Shown one piece after another: positions 8,555-19,453 of a DNA stretch of 64,000 nucleotides. Position numbers and translations under genes: made by a program. The first letter of the stretch is position 1; each line of letters opens with the position of its first letter. The notes under the pieces are model-generated. The model was not told the origin of the DNA. It did not search any database and worked only from the letters and a program-made list of their open reading frames with translations. This stretch comes from an uncultured Clostridia bacterium. GTDB taxonomy: Bacteria; Bacillota; Clostridia; TANB77; CAG-508. The stretch is from assembly GCA_947630185.1 (NCBI GenBank), contig CANRGT010000009.1, forward strand, positions 4,996-68,995. Direction: 5' to 3'.

Positions 8555-10378
8555 TTATTCAGATACTGTTCTTCTTGCCATTCTTTCTCTTGTTTTATTA
8601 TCTAATATTTTCTTTCTTAAACGAATATTTTTTGGTGTTACTTCTACTAACTCATCTTCTGCTATAAATTCTATGGCTTTTTCTAATGACATTTGAACTG
8701 GTGGTACTAAACGAAGGGCATCATCTGAGCCAGATGCTCTTGTATTTGTTAAGTGTTTTTCTTTACATACATTTATTGAAATATCTTCGTTTCTAGAGTT
8801 AATTCCTACTATCATTCCTTCATATACTTCAACACCTGCACCAATTAAAAGCTCTCCTCTTTCTTGTGCATTGTATAAACCATAAGTGATAGATGTTCCT
8901 TGCTCAAATGCAACAAGTACCCCCCTAGTTCTTGCTTGAATTTCACCTTTGTATGGTTCATACCCTTCAAATACGCTGTTCATTGTTCCTTCACCTTTTG
9001 TATCTGTTAAGAACTCTGTACGGTAACCAATTAAACCTCTTGCTGGGATTTTAAATTCTACTTTTGTATGTCCTGCCTCTGCTGGCTCCATATTAATCAT
9101 TTCAGCTTTTCTTCTTCCTAATTTTTCAATTACATTTCCTATGCAGTCATCTGGAACATTTACAACTAATCTTTCTATTGGCTCTGATTTTACGCCATCT
9201 ATTTCTTTTATAATAACTTTTGGACGAGATACTAAAAGTTCAAATCCTTCTCTTCTCATTGTCTCAATTAAAACTGATAAATGAAGTTCTCCACGTCCAC
9301 ATACTTCAAAGCTATCAGGAGAATCTGTTTCTTTTACACGTAAACTTACATTTCTCTCTAATTCTTTGAATAATCTATCTCTAATATGTCTTGAAGTAAC
9401 AAATTGTCCTTCTTTTCCTGCAAATGGACCATTATTAACACTAAATGTCATTGATACTGTTGGCTCGTCAATGTCTACAAAGTCTATTTTTTCTGGATTA
9501 TTACTATCGCAAATTGTTTCACCTATGTTAATATCTGGTATACCAGAAACGCAAACAATATCTCCTGCACCTACTTCTTCTACTTCTGTTCTTTTTAAGC
9601 CTTGGTAAGTAAATAGTTTTGCAATTTTTCCTTGTGTTACCTTATCATCCTTTTTGCAAATAGCTACATTCATTCCAGCTTTTATTGTTCCACGCTCAAC
9701 TCTACCTACTGCTATTCTACCTAAGTAATCATCATAATCTATGTTCGATACTAGCATTTGCATAGTTCCTTCTGTATCACATTTTGGTGCTTGAATGGTG
9801 TCAATTATTGTATCAAAAATACAAGTTACATTGTCACTTTCGTCTTCTAAATGCATTTTAGCAATTCCGTTTTTTGCAGATGCATATATAACTGGAAAAT
9901 CTAATTGCTCGTCATTTGCATTTAATTCTATAAATAATTCTAATACTTGGTCTACTACTTTTAATGGATTTGCACCTGGTCTATCTATTTTGTTTATAAC
10001 AACTATTGGTTTTAAGTTAAGTGCTAAAGATTTTTTAAGCACTTCTCTTGTTTGTGGCATTGGTCCTTCAAAAGCATCAACTAATAAAAGTACACCATCT
10101 ACCATTTTAAGTACACGCTCTACTTCTCCACCAAAATCAGCGTGACCTGGTGTATCTACTATATTTATTTTAATTCCGTTATACATAACAGATGTATTTT
10201 TAGCTAAGATGGTAATTCCTCTTTCTTTTTCAATATCACCTGAATCCATAACTCTTTCAGCTACTTGTTCATTATCTCTAAATACATGACTTTGTTTTAA
10301 AAGACCATCAACTAATGTTGTTTTTCCATGGTCTACGTGTGCAATTATTGCAATATTTCTTATATTTTGATTATTCAT
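8555..10378 (-). CDS. typA: translational GTPase TypA/BipA
   Basis: Begins MNNQNIRNIAIIAHVDHGKTTLVD... and is 607 aa. SD AGAGGAAG lies upstream of ATG 10378. The 45-codon extension in the ORF track reads through the GC-rich repeat and is not coding. Confidence 0.95.
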   Translation of the reverse strand: MNNQNIRNIAIIAHVDHGKTTLVDGLLKQSHVFRDNEQVAERVMDSGDIEKERGITILAKNTSVMYNGIKINIVDTPGHADFGGEVERVLKMVDGVLLLVDAFEGPMPQTREVLKKSLALNLKPIVVINKIDRPGANPLKVVDQVLELFIELNANDEQLDFPVIYASAKNGIAKMHLEDESDNVTCIFDTIIDTIQAPKCDTEGTMQMLVSNIDYDDYLGRIAVGRVERGTIKAGMNVAICKKDDKVTQGKIAKLFTYQGLKRTEVEEVGAGDIVCVSGIPDINIGETICDSNNPEKIDFVDIDEPTVSMTFSVNNGPFAGKEGQFVTSRHIRDRLFKELERNVSLRVKETDSPDSFEVCGRGELHLSVLIETMRREGFELLVSRPKVIIKEIDGVKSEPIERLVVNVPDDCIGNVIEKLGRRKAEMINMEPAEAGHTKVEFKIPARGLIGYRTEFLTDTKGEGTMNSVFEGYEPYKGEIQARTRGVLVAFEQGTSITYGLYNAQERGELLIGAGVEVYEGMIVGINSRNEDISINVCKEKHLTNTRASGSDDALRLVPPVQMSLEKAIEFIAEDELVEVTPKNIRLRKKILDNKTRERMARRTVSE

Positions 10379-10410
10379 TTTTGCTTCCTCTTTTCTATTT
10401 TTTCTAAAAG

Positions 10411-10547
10411 TATAATATATCACAATAATGAACAATATAATTTTTGCGCCATGTCGCGCAGCGTTCAAGCGAAGCGCGTTTGGAGCAACATTTATGCCCA
10501 GACAGCAAGACATAAGAAAAAATTATATTGTTCATTTATATTATATT
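10411..10547 (+). repeat. GC-rich-core hairpin element, copy R1 (short variant)
   Basis: An 18-bp perfect arm ATGAACAATATAATTTTT (10428-10445) pairs with AAAAATTATATTGTTCAT (10518-10535). The arms flank the core GCGCAGCGTTCAAGCGAAGCGCGTTTGGAGCAAC...GACAGCAAG. Confidence 0.7.
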
Positions 10548-10571
10548 TAATAACAACATTACTATTATACT

Positions 10572-11159
10572 TTATATTTCTTCGTTTGTCAACATAATTA
10601 TATTGTCCATAATCTCTTTACTTACCTTGTCTAATAGCTCTTTTTCTGGCTTGTTTGTTTTATATTCACTAAAATCTAATGGCTTTCCATAATTTAATTT
10701 TATTTTATGAAATGGCTTTAATGTTCCTTGTACACCTACTGGTATTACAGGCACTCCTGTTCTTAGTGCCATGAAAGCTGCACCATTTTGTGCTCTTCCA
10801 TTTTTGCTCAAACCATTTCTAGTTCCTTCTGGAAATATTACTAGAATTTGTCCATCTTTTAGGATTTTTAAAGCAAATTTCATGGATTCTAAGTCCATTT
10901 TTCCTCTTTTTACTGGGAAAACGCAACATTTTTTTGCAAACCATTTTATAAGATTATTTTTAAATAGTTCTTCTTTTGCCATTACATATGTAAGCCTTTT
11001 AGTTGATGAAACTAAGATTGGTGGATCCCAGTTTGATCTATGGTTTGCACAAATAATATATGCTCCTTCTTTTTTTATATTTTCTTCTCCCACTTTTTTT
11101 ACTCTAAATACAATTAGGCAAAATAAATGTACAAAGAAAATTGCTACTTTTCTAATCAT
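10572..11159 (-). CDS. plsC: 1-acyl-sn-glycerol-3-phosphate acyltransferase
   Basis: 195 aa with the NHRSNWD (HX4D) and FPEGTR motifs. Confidence 0.85.
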   Translation of the reverse strand: MIRKVAIFFVHLFCLIVFRVKKVGEENIKKEGAYIICANHRSNWDPPILVSSTKRLTYVMAKEELFKNNLIKWFAKKCCVFPVKRGKMDLESMKFALKILKDGQILVIFPEGTRNGLSKNGRAQNGAAFMALRTGVPVIPVGVQGTLKPFHKIKLNYGKPLDFSEYKTNKPEKELLDKVSKEIMDNIIMLTNEEI

Positions 11160-11281
11160 TTGCTTTATTACCTTTCATTATTTTTTTGTTATATCATTTT
11201 TATAAATATTTTAGTCAAACTTTTTAATTATAATTTTAATCAAAAAATTTGACTAATTTATTTTCATATGTTCATTACAAA

Positions 11282-12799
11282 TTATTTATTCATAACTTTA
11301 GAGATTTGGTCTTTAGCATTTTCAACTGAAGTTTCATCTGGTAGCATAACATATAAGTATTGACTTCCTGCTGAATAAGTAGTTCTACTTGCATCTTTTC
11401 CTACTAAGCTATTAGTTTCTATTGTCCATGAAGGCATACTTTCAAGTTGATGTTTTACTAAATCACTAATTACATTTTGATCAATATTAGTTTGGAAACT
11501 ATTTTCTAATGTTTTTAAAATATTTGTATATTTAGTTAATATTGAACCACTTAAAGCTTTTTTTATAATTGCTTCTATTACATGTTGTTGGTTCTTAACT
11601 CTTTGGTTATCACCACTTGCAAAAGAATCTCTTTCTCTACTAAATGATAATGCTTTTGCACCATTTACATGGTTAATACCTTTGCTAAAATAATATCCAT
11701 CTTGTGATGTAAAGCTATAATCAGAATTAATATCTATTCCACCTAAAGTATCTACTAATTTTATTACAGTTGTAAAGTTTACTCTAACATAATAATCTAT
11801 ATCAATATCTAATAAATCTTCTACTGTTGTAACTGTTTCATTTATTCCATAAATTCCAGAGTGTGTTAGCTTATCCTTTGCTTTTTTAGAATGTAATGTA
11901 ACATAATAGTCTCTAGGAATAGAAGTAAGAAGTACTTCGTGTGTGTTAGTATTTACTGTTGCAACAATATTTGCATCGCTTCTAGAAACATTACTAATTC
12001 TACCAGTAGTATCTATTCCACTAATGTACACATTGAAAATACCATCGTTGCTTTCTTCTGTAGGTTTTTCTTCTTCCTCTGTTTTCTTGATTTTATGTGT
12101 TGCTGTATAAATAATTTTTGTATTTTCTTTAAATTTAGATATTTCGTCTTCAAGCATACCATATTGAGCAGAGCTTACTAAAACTGCATCTACTTTATCT
12201 TTTAATAAACTTTCTCCTATTTCTACTAAATTATCTTGTGCTTTTAGTCTAATTGCAACTTTACTACTTATTTCTAATCTTACATCATCTTCTATTTGAT
12301 AGAAATGTATTTCTTTACCTTTTATATCTTCTAATTCGTTATATGAACTATCTTTTTTAGTTACTATGTAGTAATCTTCTGTTTCCTCTATTTTTATGTC
12401 ACTTCCAAAATTGTTATCAAAAAAATCTGATGTTGCATTAGCATATTTATTTGCAAAAATATATAAAGCTGAAATTATAACTACAATTACAAGGCATATT
12501 ATGTTTATTCTATGTTTTTTTCTCTTTTTTCCTAATCCTATAACCATTGCAAAAGTAAATATAATTTCTGCAATTGTAAATGCTATAATATATGCATTTG
12601 GTAATAAATTCATTTTTAATATTGAAATATAAAATGAAATAGTAATTATTAAATAAACTCCTGTTAATATTTTAAATATTAAATCCATTCCCTTGCTATT
12701 TTTTCTTTTATTTCCAGTAGACTTTCTTTTGTTCTTCGAATAAGAATATTGGTTTATTTCATATTGCTCACCATAATCATTTGAATTTTTCCTAGACAT
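11282..12799 (-). CDS. LCP (LytR-CpsA-Psr) family glycopolymer transferase
   Basis: 505 aa with an N-terminal TM region. LCP core: RSDANIVATVNTNTHEVLLTSIPRDYYV. Confidence 0.85.
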   Translation of the reverse strand: MSRKNSNDYGEQYEINQYSYSKNKRKSTGNKRKNSKGMDLIFKILTGVYLIITISFYISILKMNLLPNAYIIAFTIAEIIFTFAMVIGLGKKRKKHRINIICLVIVVIISALYIFANKYANATSDFFDNNFGSDIKIEETEDYYIVTKKDSSYNELEDIKGKEIHFYQIEDDVRLEISSKVAIRLKAQDNLVEIGESLLKDKVDAVLVSSAQYGMLEDEISKFKENTKIIYTATHKIKKTEEEEKPTEESNDGIFNVYISGIDTTGRISNVSRSDANIVATVNTNTHEVLLTSIPRDYYVTLHSKKAKDKLTHSGIYGINETVTTVEDLLDIDIDYYVRVNFTTVIKLVDTLGGIDINSDYSFTSQDGYYFSKGINHVNGAKALSFSRERDSFASGDNQRVKNQQHVIEAIIKKALSGSILTKYTNILKTLENSFQTNIDQNVISDLVKHQLESMPSWTIETNSLVGKDASRTTYSAGSQYLYVMLPDETSVENAKDQISKVMNK

Positions 12800-12862
12800 T
12801 TTTTCTTCCTCCTAGATAAAATTGTAACTTATCTCACATAATTATAATTACAACTTATACTT

Positions 12863-14230
12863 CTATTTTGAATTTTTTCTTCTTTCATAAAAATAATTTT
12901 TTGAATTTTTGAATAATAATATTAATTTATTAGGTATTACGCTTTTAGATATTTGATTTATATTTATATCATTATTAGAATTTAGTTGCAATAATATTAT
13001 ATATATTACCACTAATGGCAAAAATCTATAAAAAATTTCTCCTTTTATTTCTATTATTATTGTAATTAAAAAGTTGATAGATAAAAAAGTTAATGCCTTA
13101 TTTTTTTGTTTGATTGATTGTGATATTAATTTAATAATTGGTATTATTATCGATAAATAGCCAATAATAGTAAATATTATTCCATAAAATAGCATCGGTC
13201 TCATAAATCCGACATCTGTTGACATATAATAATAATTTGAATAAGGAGCTGTATAATATCCATCTCCGAAAAAAAAAGTTCTAATATTAGGCATAAATAT
13301 CATTCTATCAAATACTATATCACTTGAACCAGTGTATAATTTTCCTGTTTTTATAAAATTTATAATTGGTGCAAATGCCCAATCCATCCAAATTTTCATT
13401 GTTCCATTACATATATATAATATTGTTAATATTGTAGCAATAACTATTATAAAAGAGCCTATATATAGTAAATTCTTCTTGTCCTTTTTTATGAAAATAA
13501 ATGCTAATATTATGGCAGATATTGCTGAAACAGTTGCTCCTATTCTTCCATATAAAGTTGAACCTACCAATAACATTATATAAGATATGTATAACATTAC
13601 ATTTTCTTTTTTTATTTTTAGGTTTTCCTCAATTATTAAAAATCCATTTATTATAACAGCAAATATAACTTTAAATGCAATTTGAAATCCTGAATAACCA
13701 TCTATACCATATCTTGTCATATAATTAGCATTTTCTAGTATTATATGATAACTTGGATCATATATTATTTTGTTCCATGCTTCTTTCAAACCTGGAAAAA
13801 TCACAAAGAATATTGTTGTTAATATATACATATTTGTAGCTATTATTACGTATTTCGAAAATAAATATATATTTGCCTCATCTTTGTGTTTTTTTTCAAA
13901 TAAAATTAAAAGGGCTAATAACTTTATTGTTGTCCTTGCTATACTTACTAAAACATCTAAATATGAAAAATCTAACGTTTTATATATAATTGGGACTAAA
14001 ATAGCTGCTATTACACATATCATAATTGCTATAACTGAATATTTTAAACATCCATTTTTTACTATCAAAATATATTTTATTAAATATTTTATATTTATTA
14101 ATATATATATAACGCATATTCCATAAATTATCAATGTTTGTACTGTACTTATTTTATTAAATGTAAAAGTAAATAGAATATAAAAAAATGCTAACAGTAA
14201 CATTGGCTTTATTTTACTAAAGTATTTCAT
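12863..14230 (-). CDS. polytopic membrane protein, O-antigen polymerase/ligase (Wzy)-like
   Basis: 455 aa with at least 10 TM segments, sitting inside the glycan gene cluster. Its start overlaps the upstream gene's stop by 4 nt. Function is inferred from context. Confidence 0.45.
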   Translation of the reverse strand: MKYFSKIKPMLLLAFFYILFTFTFNKISTVQTLIIYGICVIYILINIKYLIKYILIVKNGCLKYSVIAIMICVIAAILVPIIYKTLDFSYLDVLVSIARTTIKLLALLILFEKKHKDEANIYLFSKYVIIATNMYILTTIFFVIFPGLKEAWNKIIYDPSYHIILENANYMTRYGIDGYSGFQIAFKVIFAVIINGFLIIEENLKIKKENVMLYISYIMLLVGSTLYGRIGATVSAISAIILAFIFIKKDKKNLLYIGSFIIVIATILTILYICNGTMKIWMDWAFAPIINFIKTGKLYTGSSDIVFDRMIFMPNIRTFFFGDGYYTAPYSNYYYMSTDVGFMRPMLFYGIIFTIIGYLSIIIPIIKLISQSIKQKNKALTFLSINFLITIIIEIKGEIFYRFLPLVVIYIILLQLNSNNDININQISKSVIPNKLILLFKNSKNYFYERRKNSK

Positions 14231-15459
14231 TTTATGTTTCTCCTCACTGATATATTTTTTATTTCTTTGTAAATTCTTTCACAATTTTTATTATCATGTA
14301 TGCTAAAAAATTTATCAATTTGTTCTTTATTTTTCTTATCTATTTCAAAATTATTTTTATAACTATCTTCTAAAAAATTTATAACCTTTTTATAATCAGT
14401 TGCAAAATCACCAAAACCACTATTTTTATAGTCAAAATATCCCGAAGCATATTGACCTTTTCTAAACTGTTCTATATCGAATTGATAGTAAATAATAGGT
14501 TTATACATATATGCAAAATCAAGCGATACACTAGAATAATCTGTTATCATTATTGCTGACTCTTTTAATAATTCTTGAATATCATATTCTTTCCATGAAG
14601 CAATTTTAATATTTTTTGAATTAACTTTAAAACTAGCTAAAAAATTTTGCATATTTCTATGTGGATAAAAAATTACTTTTAAATTATTTTTTTCTATAAA
14701 ATCTAATAATTCCTTACTATTTATAAAATTATTCCAATATTTATAGTAATCAGAATGTTCAAAAATCCCGTCATAATTAAACTGATAATAAGCATCTGTT
14801 TTTCTTGTTAACCATTCTCTCCAACTAGGCATAATAAGTATTTGTTTTTTATTTATATTTAAATTGTATAAATTGTCAAATCTACAAAAACCTAAGTATT
14901 TAACATTTTCATTTGGATACCCAAAATATTTCTTTACATAATCATATTCTGGTTTTGCCCCACAAATAAATAATCTCATTTTAGTATTTTTATAAAATAA
15001 CCATTCTGCTTTATTAATTGTAATTCCATGCTGCAAAAATATGAATTTGCTTTTTATAATATTATAAACCTCTAAAACATAACATATTGCCGCATTTGGT
15101 TTTCCTGCTTTTTGTGTACTAATATTATATTTACAGTTAAAATACAATATCCAATGTTTTAAACTACCATACTTTACAGTTTTACCTATTTTTTTTACTT
15201 TTTCATAATCTTTGGATTTATAATTTATTGCATAGTATGATACTATTGGTTTTTGATTTTCATTTAAATACTTAAAAAAACAATATCCATTATCTCTAGC
15301 CTCATTTTCATCTTCGCAAATTAACCATATTTCTTTTCCACTTATACTAACTATTATTTTATATATTAAGCTCAATGGTATTGATATTATAAATAATACA
15401 ATTTGATAAATATCCTTCCATTTAATATATCTTAATTCATGCAATATTTTCTTTATCAT
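14227..15459 (-). CDS. CDP-glycerol glycerophosphotransferase (TagB/TagF family)
   Basis: 410 aa. Motifs: LIMPSWREW and ITDYSSVSLDFAYMYKPIIYYQFD. Confidence 0.8.
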   Translation of the reverse strand: MIKKILHELRYIKWKDIYQIVLFIISIPLSLIYKIIVSISGKEIWLICEDENEARDNGYCFFKYLNENQKPIVSYYAINYKSKDYEKVKKIGKTVKYGSLKHWILYFNCKYNISTQKAGKPNAAICYVLEVYNIIKSKFIFLQHGITINKAEWLFYKNTKMRLFICGAKPEYDYVKKYFGYPNENVKYLGFCRFDNLYNLNINKKQILIMPSWREWLTRKTDAYYQFNYDGIFEHSDYYKYWNNFINSKELLDFIEKNNLKVIFYPHRNMQNFLASFKVNSKNIKIASWKEYDIQELLKESAIMITDYSSVSLDFAYMYKPIIYYQFDIEQFRKGQYASGYFDYKNSGFGDFATDYKKVINFLEDSYKNNFEIDKKNKEQIDKFFSIHDNKNCERIYKEIKNISVRRNIK

Positions 15460-15462
15460 GTC

Positions 15463-16387
15463 TTATACCTTTCCAATTAATATATTTAATCTTATGTGAT
15501 CTACTACTATTTTTCTAAACTGAGAATTAAATATTAATTTTACTATTATTATTGGAATCTGTATCAATTTATTCAATGTACTCATTTTATAAAACTCTTT
15601 TATATAATTGTTTATTTTCAAATGATTTTCTTCTTTATTTTTATCTATATCTTTATTTATTTCGTTTGTTATAGCTTCACTTTGTTCTATCATTCCCTTT
15701 TTGTAAAATTTTCTTATTATCTGTGTGTTTCTATATTGTATATATTCTTTGGTATTACATATACTATTTCGCCTTACTCTATATTTTAATATGTATTCTG
15801 GTAAAATTCCTATTTTATAATCTTTTTCTAGTGTCCTTAATAAAAAATCATAATCTTCACAAGCTTCTAATTCTCTATATCCGTTATTTTTTATAAAAAT
15901 ATCTTTTTTAGCAAACCAAGTAGGGTGTGCAAATATATTTCTTATTTTCATAGCTTTTCTTATTTTTTTCTCTGATAATTTGTTTAAAGAATTTCTAGCT
16001 ATTTCTTGTCCATTTTCATCTATTTTTATAACTTTCCCGAGCAACTAAATCTAAGTTATTTTCTTTTAAAAATTTATACTCTTTTTCTATTCTATCTTTT
16101 TCTGAAATATCGTCTGCATCCATTCTCATTATATATTCGCCTTTTGATATCTCTAATGCTTTATTTAAGCTTTTTACAAGTCCTAAATTTTTTTCGTTTT
16201 TCAAAATGACAATTCTTTTATCTCTACTAGCATATTCTTGTATTAAATTTGCAATTTCAATATTTTTAGGATTATCAAGTACAATAATAAATTCGAATTC
16301 CGAATATGTTTGATTTAATATACTCTCTACTGCTTGCCTTATTAGCATATTTTCTTCATTGTATGTACTCATTATAACAGATATCAT
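15463..16387 (-). CDS. family 2 glycosyltransferase; frame interrupted at zero-frame CGG (16039-16037)
   Basis: ORF 16016..16387 is the GT2 N-terminal half (VIMSTYNEE...MRMDADDIS). ORF 15463..16044 is the C-terminal half. Reading GCT [C] GGG AAA gives ...NNLDLVA-GKVIKIDENGQEI, one continuous GT2. Confidence 0.8.
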
Positions 16388-16393
16388 TTTTAA

Positions 16394-17389
16394 TCATTTC
16401 CTCTCTCTTATAAATATTGCTTTTAGTAGTCCAACAATAGTTCCAATTCCATAACTTAAATGTAGTATTAAAAATATAAATGGTAATAAAAAAAATTGTA
16501 TAGAAAATCCATTTTGAATAAATATCAAAATTAAATTAACTATATTAAATAATCCATATAATGCAAGTATCATATATAAAAAAATCGGAAATCCTAAAAG
16601 CGCTGATACGCTACTTATAAAAAGTGCTAAAACAAAAAACAATGGTATAAAATGATATAAAGAAAAACATTTAGGACAATATCTCATAGTAATTCCTATC
16701 CATTTTCCATTATTGTATTTTTGTTTTATCATTCCTTTTAATGTGTTTCTTACATGATGATAAGAAGTAATATTAGGTGATAATAAAAATTTATATCCCT
16801 TTTGTTTCATTCTATAATGCATTTCATTATCTTCTGTCCTTGCTAAGTTTTCATTATATAACCCGACTTCATCAAATACTTTTTTTCTATACATAGCATG
16901 TGCTAATGTGCTTACATATTCTCTTTCATTTGTCCTTCTATATTTTGCTATTCCGCTTCCAAATAAAGATTGTTCTGCTATTAATAAAGTCTTTTGCCAT
17001 TTAGTATCTTCCTCAGTAACGCTAATTCTATGTCCTCCTACAATGTTTTCTCCATTTTCTAGTTCTTTAACATTTTCTTCTATAAAATTATCTGGAAAAG
17101 TAGAATGAGCATCTACTCTTACTATTGCTTCTCCTTTTACTTCTTTAAGTGCCACATTCCATCCACAAGGTAATATTTTATTTTCATTTTCTAGAACAAG
17201 TACTCTTTGAAAATCATTATTATCTTTTTGAAAATCTTTCATTATTCCTTTAGTATTATCACTAGAAGCACTATTTACTAGTATTACTTCTATTTCATTG
17301 TGTGGATAAGTTTGCTTTTTCAAACAATCTAAACAAGATTTAAGAACTTTTTCTGCATTATATGCTACAATTATAAAACTAACAATCAT
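16394..17389 (-). CDS. family 2 glycosyltransferase with C-terminal TM helices (possible polyprenyl-phosphate sugar synthase, GtrB/CsbB-like)
   Basis: 331 aa. Has an N-terminal IIVAYNAEK...VRVDAHS GT-A fold and four hydrophobic segments at the C-terminus. Confidence 0.7.
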   Translation of the reverse strand: MIVSFIIVAYNAEKVLKSCLDCLKKQTYPHNEIEVILVNSASSDNTKGIMKDFQKDNNDFQRVLVLENENKILPCGWNVALKEVKGEAIVRVDAHSTFPDNFIEENVKELENGENIVGGHRISVTEEDTKWQKTLLIAEQSLFGSGIAKYRRTNEREYVSTLAHAMYRKKVFDEVGLYNENLARTEDNEMHYRMKQKGYKFLLSPNITSYHHVRNTLKGMIKQKYNNGKWIGITMRYCPKCFSLYHFIPLFFVLALFISSVSALLGFPIFLYMILALYGLFNIVNLILIFIQNGFSIQFFLLPFIFLILHLSYGIGTIVGLLKAIFIRERK

Positions 17390-17448
17390 AAAGAACTCCT
17401 TTTTATTTACTAGGTTTATTTTTTATTATATCTTTCATATCCTATTAC

Positions 17449-18147
17449 TTATTTTATTACATTAATAACTGTATCTATCATAATTTTTATATCTTTAAAT
17501 ACATTAAATTCTTTAATATATTCTAAGTTCCATTTCATTTTTTCAGGTAATACTCTATTTATATAAATGTCATCTGTTTTTTCCCCTTTGTTAAGAAATG
17601 TAGTAATTATTTCGTCTTCGTTTCTGTATTCAATGCTTGCTTTTGAAGTTACACCTGCTGGCATTAAAAGAGTTGCTTTCATTTCATCATTATATTTTTC
17701 AACATATTTTTCAACCTCTGGTCTTGTTCCTACAAAAGACATTTGACCTATTAAAATATTTATAAGTTGTGGAACTTCATCAATTCTATATTTTCTTATT
17801 TTGCTTCCAACTCTAGTTATTCTTGGGTCTTTGCCTATGGTTACTAAACTTCCCATCTTATCTGCATCTTGTACCATTGTTCTAAACTTAAATATTTTAA
17901 ATTTTTGTCCATATGTTGTTATTCTTTCCTGTCTATAAAATACTGGCCCTCTGGAATCTATTTTTATTAATAAAGCAATTATAAGCATAATCGGAGATAA
18001 TATAACTAATAGAATAAAAGATATAATAATGTCTACTATTCTTTTTAATATTAGTTGTAATTTTTTGTGTGAGAGAATATCATAATATTCTTTTACAGCT
18101 GAATTTTTTAAATTGTCCGGTATGTCTTCCCATTTTTTCAAAAGCAT
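17449..18147 (-). CDS. polyprenyl-phosphate sugar-phosphate transferase (bacterial sugar transferase, PglC/WbaP C-terminal type)
   Basis: 232 aa. Motifs: GPVFYRQERITTYGQKFKIFKFRTM...DEVPQLINILIGQMSFVGTRP. Confidence 0.85.
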   Translation of the reverse strand: MLLKKWEDIPDNLKNSAVKEYYDILSHKKLQLILKRIVDIIISFILLVILSPIMLIIALLIKIDSRGPVFYRQERITTYGQKFKIFKFRTMVQDADKMGSLVTIGKDPRITRVGSKIRKYRIDEVPQLINILIGQMSFVGTRPEVEKYVEKYNDEMKATLLMPAGVTSKASIEYRNEDEIITTFLNKGEKTDDIYINRVLPEKMKWNLEYIKEFNVFKDIKIMIDTVINVIK

Positions 18148-18223
18148 ATCTCTGTACTCTCCTTACTATTTTTTTATGTTTAAAATTCGTTTATATTATA
18201 TTTTATTTTATCTTATTTTGACT

Positions 18224-19423
18224 TTATATTCTTTCTATTATTTTAGTAAATTTTTCTATAATATAGTCTACTTCTTCATCTGTAAGTTTGCTGTATAAAG
18301 GTAATGTTATTTCATTTTCGTAAAAGCTATATGCTACTTTATAATCCTTTATATCAAACCCCATGTTTTTGTATGCTGTAAGCAGTGGTAATGGCTTATA
18401 ATGTACATTACAAGCAATTCCTTCTTCTGCCATTTTTATAATAATTTCATTTCTTCTTTGTTCATTTATTCCATTTATTCTTACTAAGTATAAATGTCCT
18501 GATGAAGTATGATTACCATCTTTATGATTTAATGTTAATACTGGTAAGTTTTTAAATGCTTCATTATATTTTGCAATAATTTCTTGTCTTCTCTGTAAAA
18601 GTTTAGGATATCTTCTCATTTGAGCTAATCCAATTCCTGCTTGTATATCTGTCATATTACATTTATAATATGGTGCTACAATATCATATTCCCATGCACC
18701 TAATTTATTCTTATTTAGTGCATCTTTTGTTTGCCCATGTAATGATAATAATTGATATTGCTTGTAAACTGCTTCATTATCTAGACCTTCTACATTTTTC
18801 CATGTAACTGCTCCACCTTCTGCTGTTGTTAAATTTTTAACCGCATGAAAAGAAAAGGTGGTAAAATCTGCAAGTTCGCCTGACATTTTTTCATTTTGTT
18901 TAGCTCCTAATCCATGAGCTGAATCTGCAATGATTATTGGTCTATTATATAATTTTTGAATTTCGCTTTTGGCAGTAAATAAATTTTTCTTTCTTTCTAC
19001 TATTTCAAATATTTTATTATAATCACACAATATTCCTGCTATATCTACTGGTATAATTGCTTTTGTATTTTCCGTAATTGCTTCTTCTAGCATATCATAA
19101 TTCATTTCTATAGAGTCTTTTTTTGTATCTATCAAAACAATTTTTGCTCCTACATGTGCAATTGGGCTAGCTGATGCAGTATAAGTATAACTAGAAGTAA
19201 TTACTTCATCACCTTCGCCTATTCCTAATAATCTAAGAGTAAGCTCTAAGGCAGCTGTAGCAGAATTTAAACAAACTGCTTTTTCAGTATGGCATAAATT
19301 TGCAATCTCTCTTTCAAATTCCTTTGTTTTTGGTCCTGTAGTAATCCATCCTGATTTTAAAGCATCTATAACTTCTTCTATTTCTTCTTGACCTACATCT
19401 GGTGGTGAAAATGGTATATTCAT
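18224..19423 (-). CDS. DegT/DnrJ/EryC1/StrS family sugar aminotransferase (PglE/EpsN-like)
   Basis: 399 aa. The motif FSFHAVKNLTTAEGG contains the PLP-binding lysine. Confidence 0.85.
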   Translation of the reverse strand: MNIPFSPPDVGQEEIEEVIDALKSGWITTGPKTKEFEREIANLCHTEKAVCLNSATAALELTLRLLGIGEGDEVITSSYTYTASASPIAHVGAKIVLIDTKKDSIEMNYDMLEEAITENTKAIIPVDIAGILCDYNKIFEIVERKKNLFTAKSEIQKLYNRPIIIADSAHGLGAKQNEKMSGELADFTTFSFHAVKNLTTAEGGAVTWKNVEGLDNEAVYKQYQLLSLHGQTKDALNKNKLGAWEYDIVAPYYKCNMTDIQAGIGLAQMRRYPKLLQRRQEIIAKYNEAFKNLPVLTLNHKDGNHTSSGHLYLVRINGINEQRRNEIIIKMAEEGIACNVHYKPLPLLTAYKNMGFDIKDYKVAYSFYENEITLPLYSKLTDEEVDYIIEKFTKIIERI

Positions 19424-19453
19424 AATTATTTTTATTCCTTTCTTTTTTGAATA

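Noticed and set aside
10379-10513. 45-codon N-terminal extension of typA (MSCCLGINVAPNALRLNAARHG...)
   Set aside because: It is a read-through of the stop-free GC-rich repeat core. A good SD precedes the conserved MNNQNIRNIAIIAHVDHGKT start at 10378.
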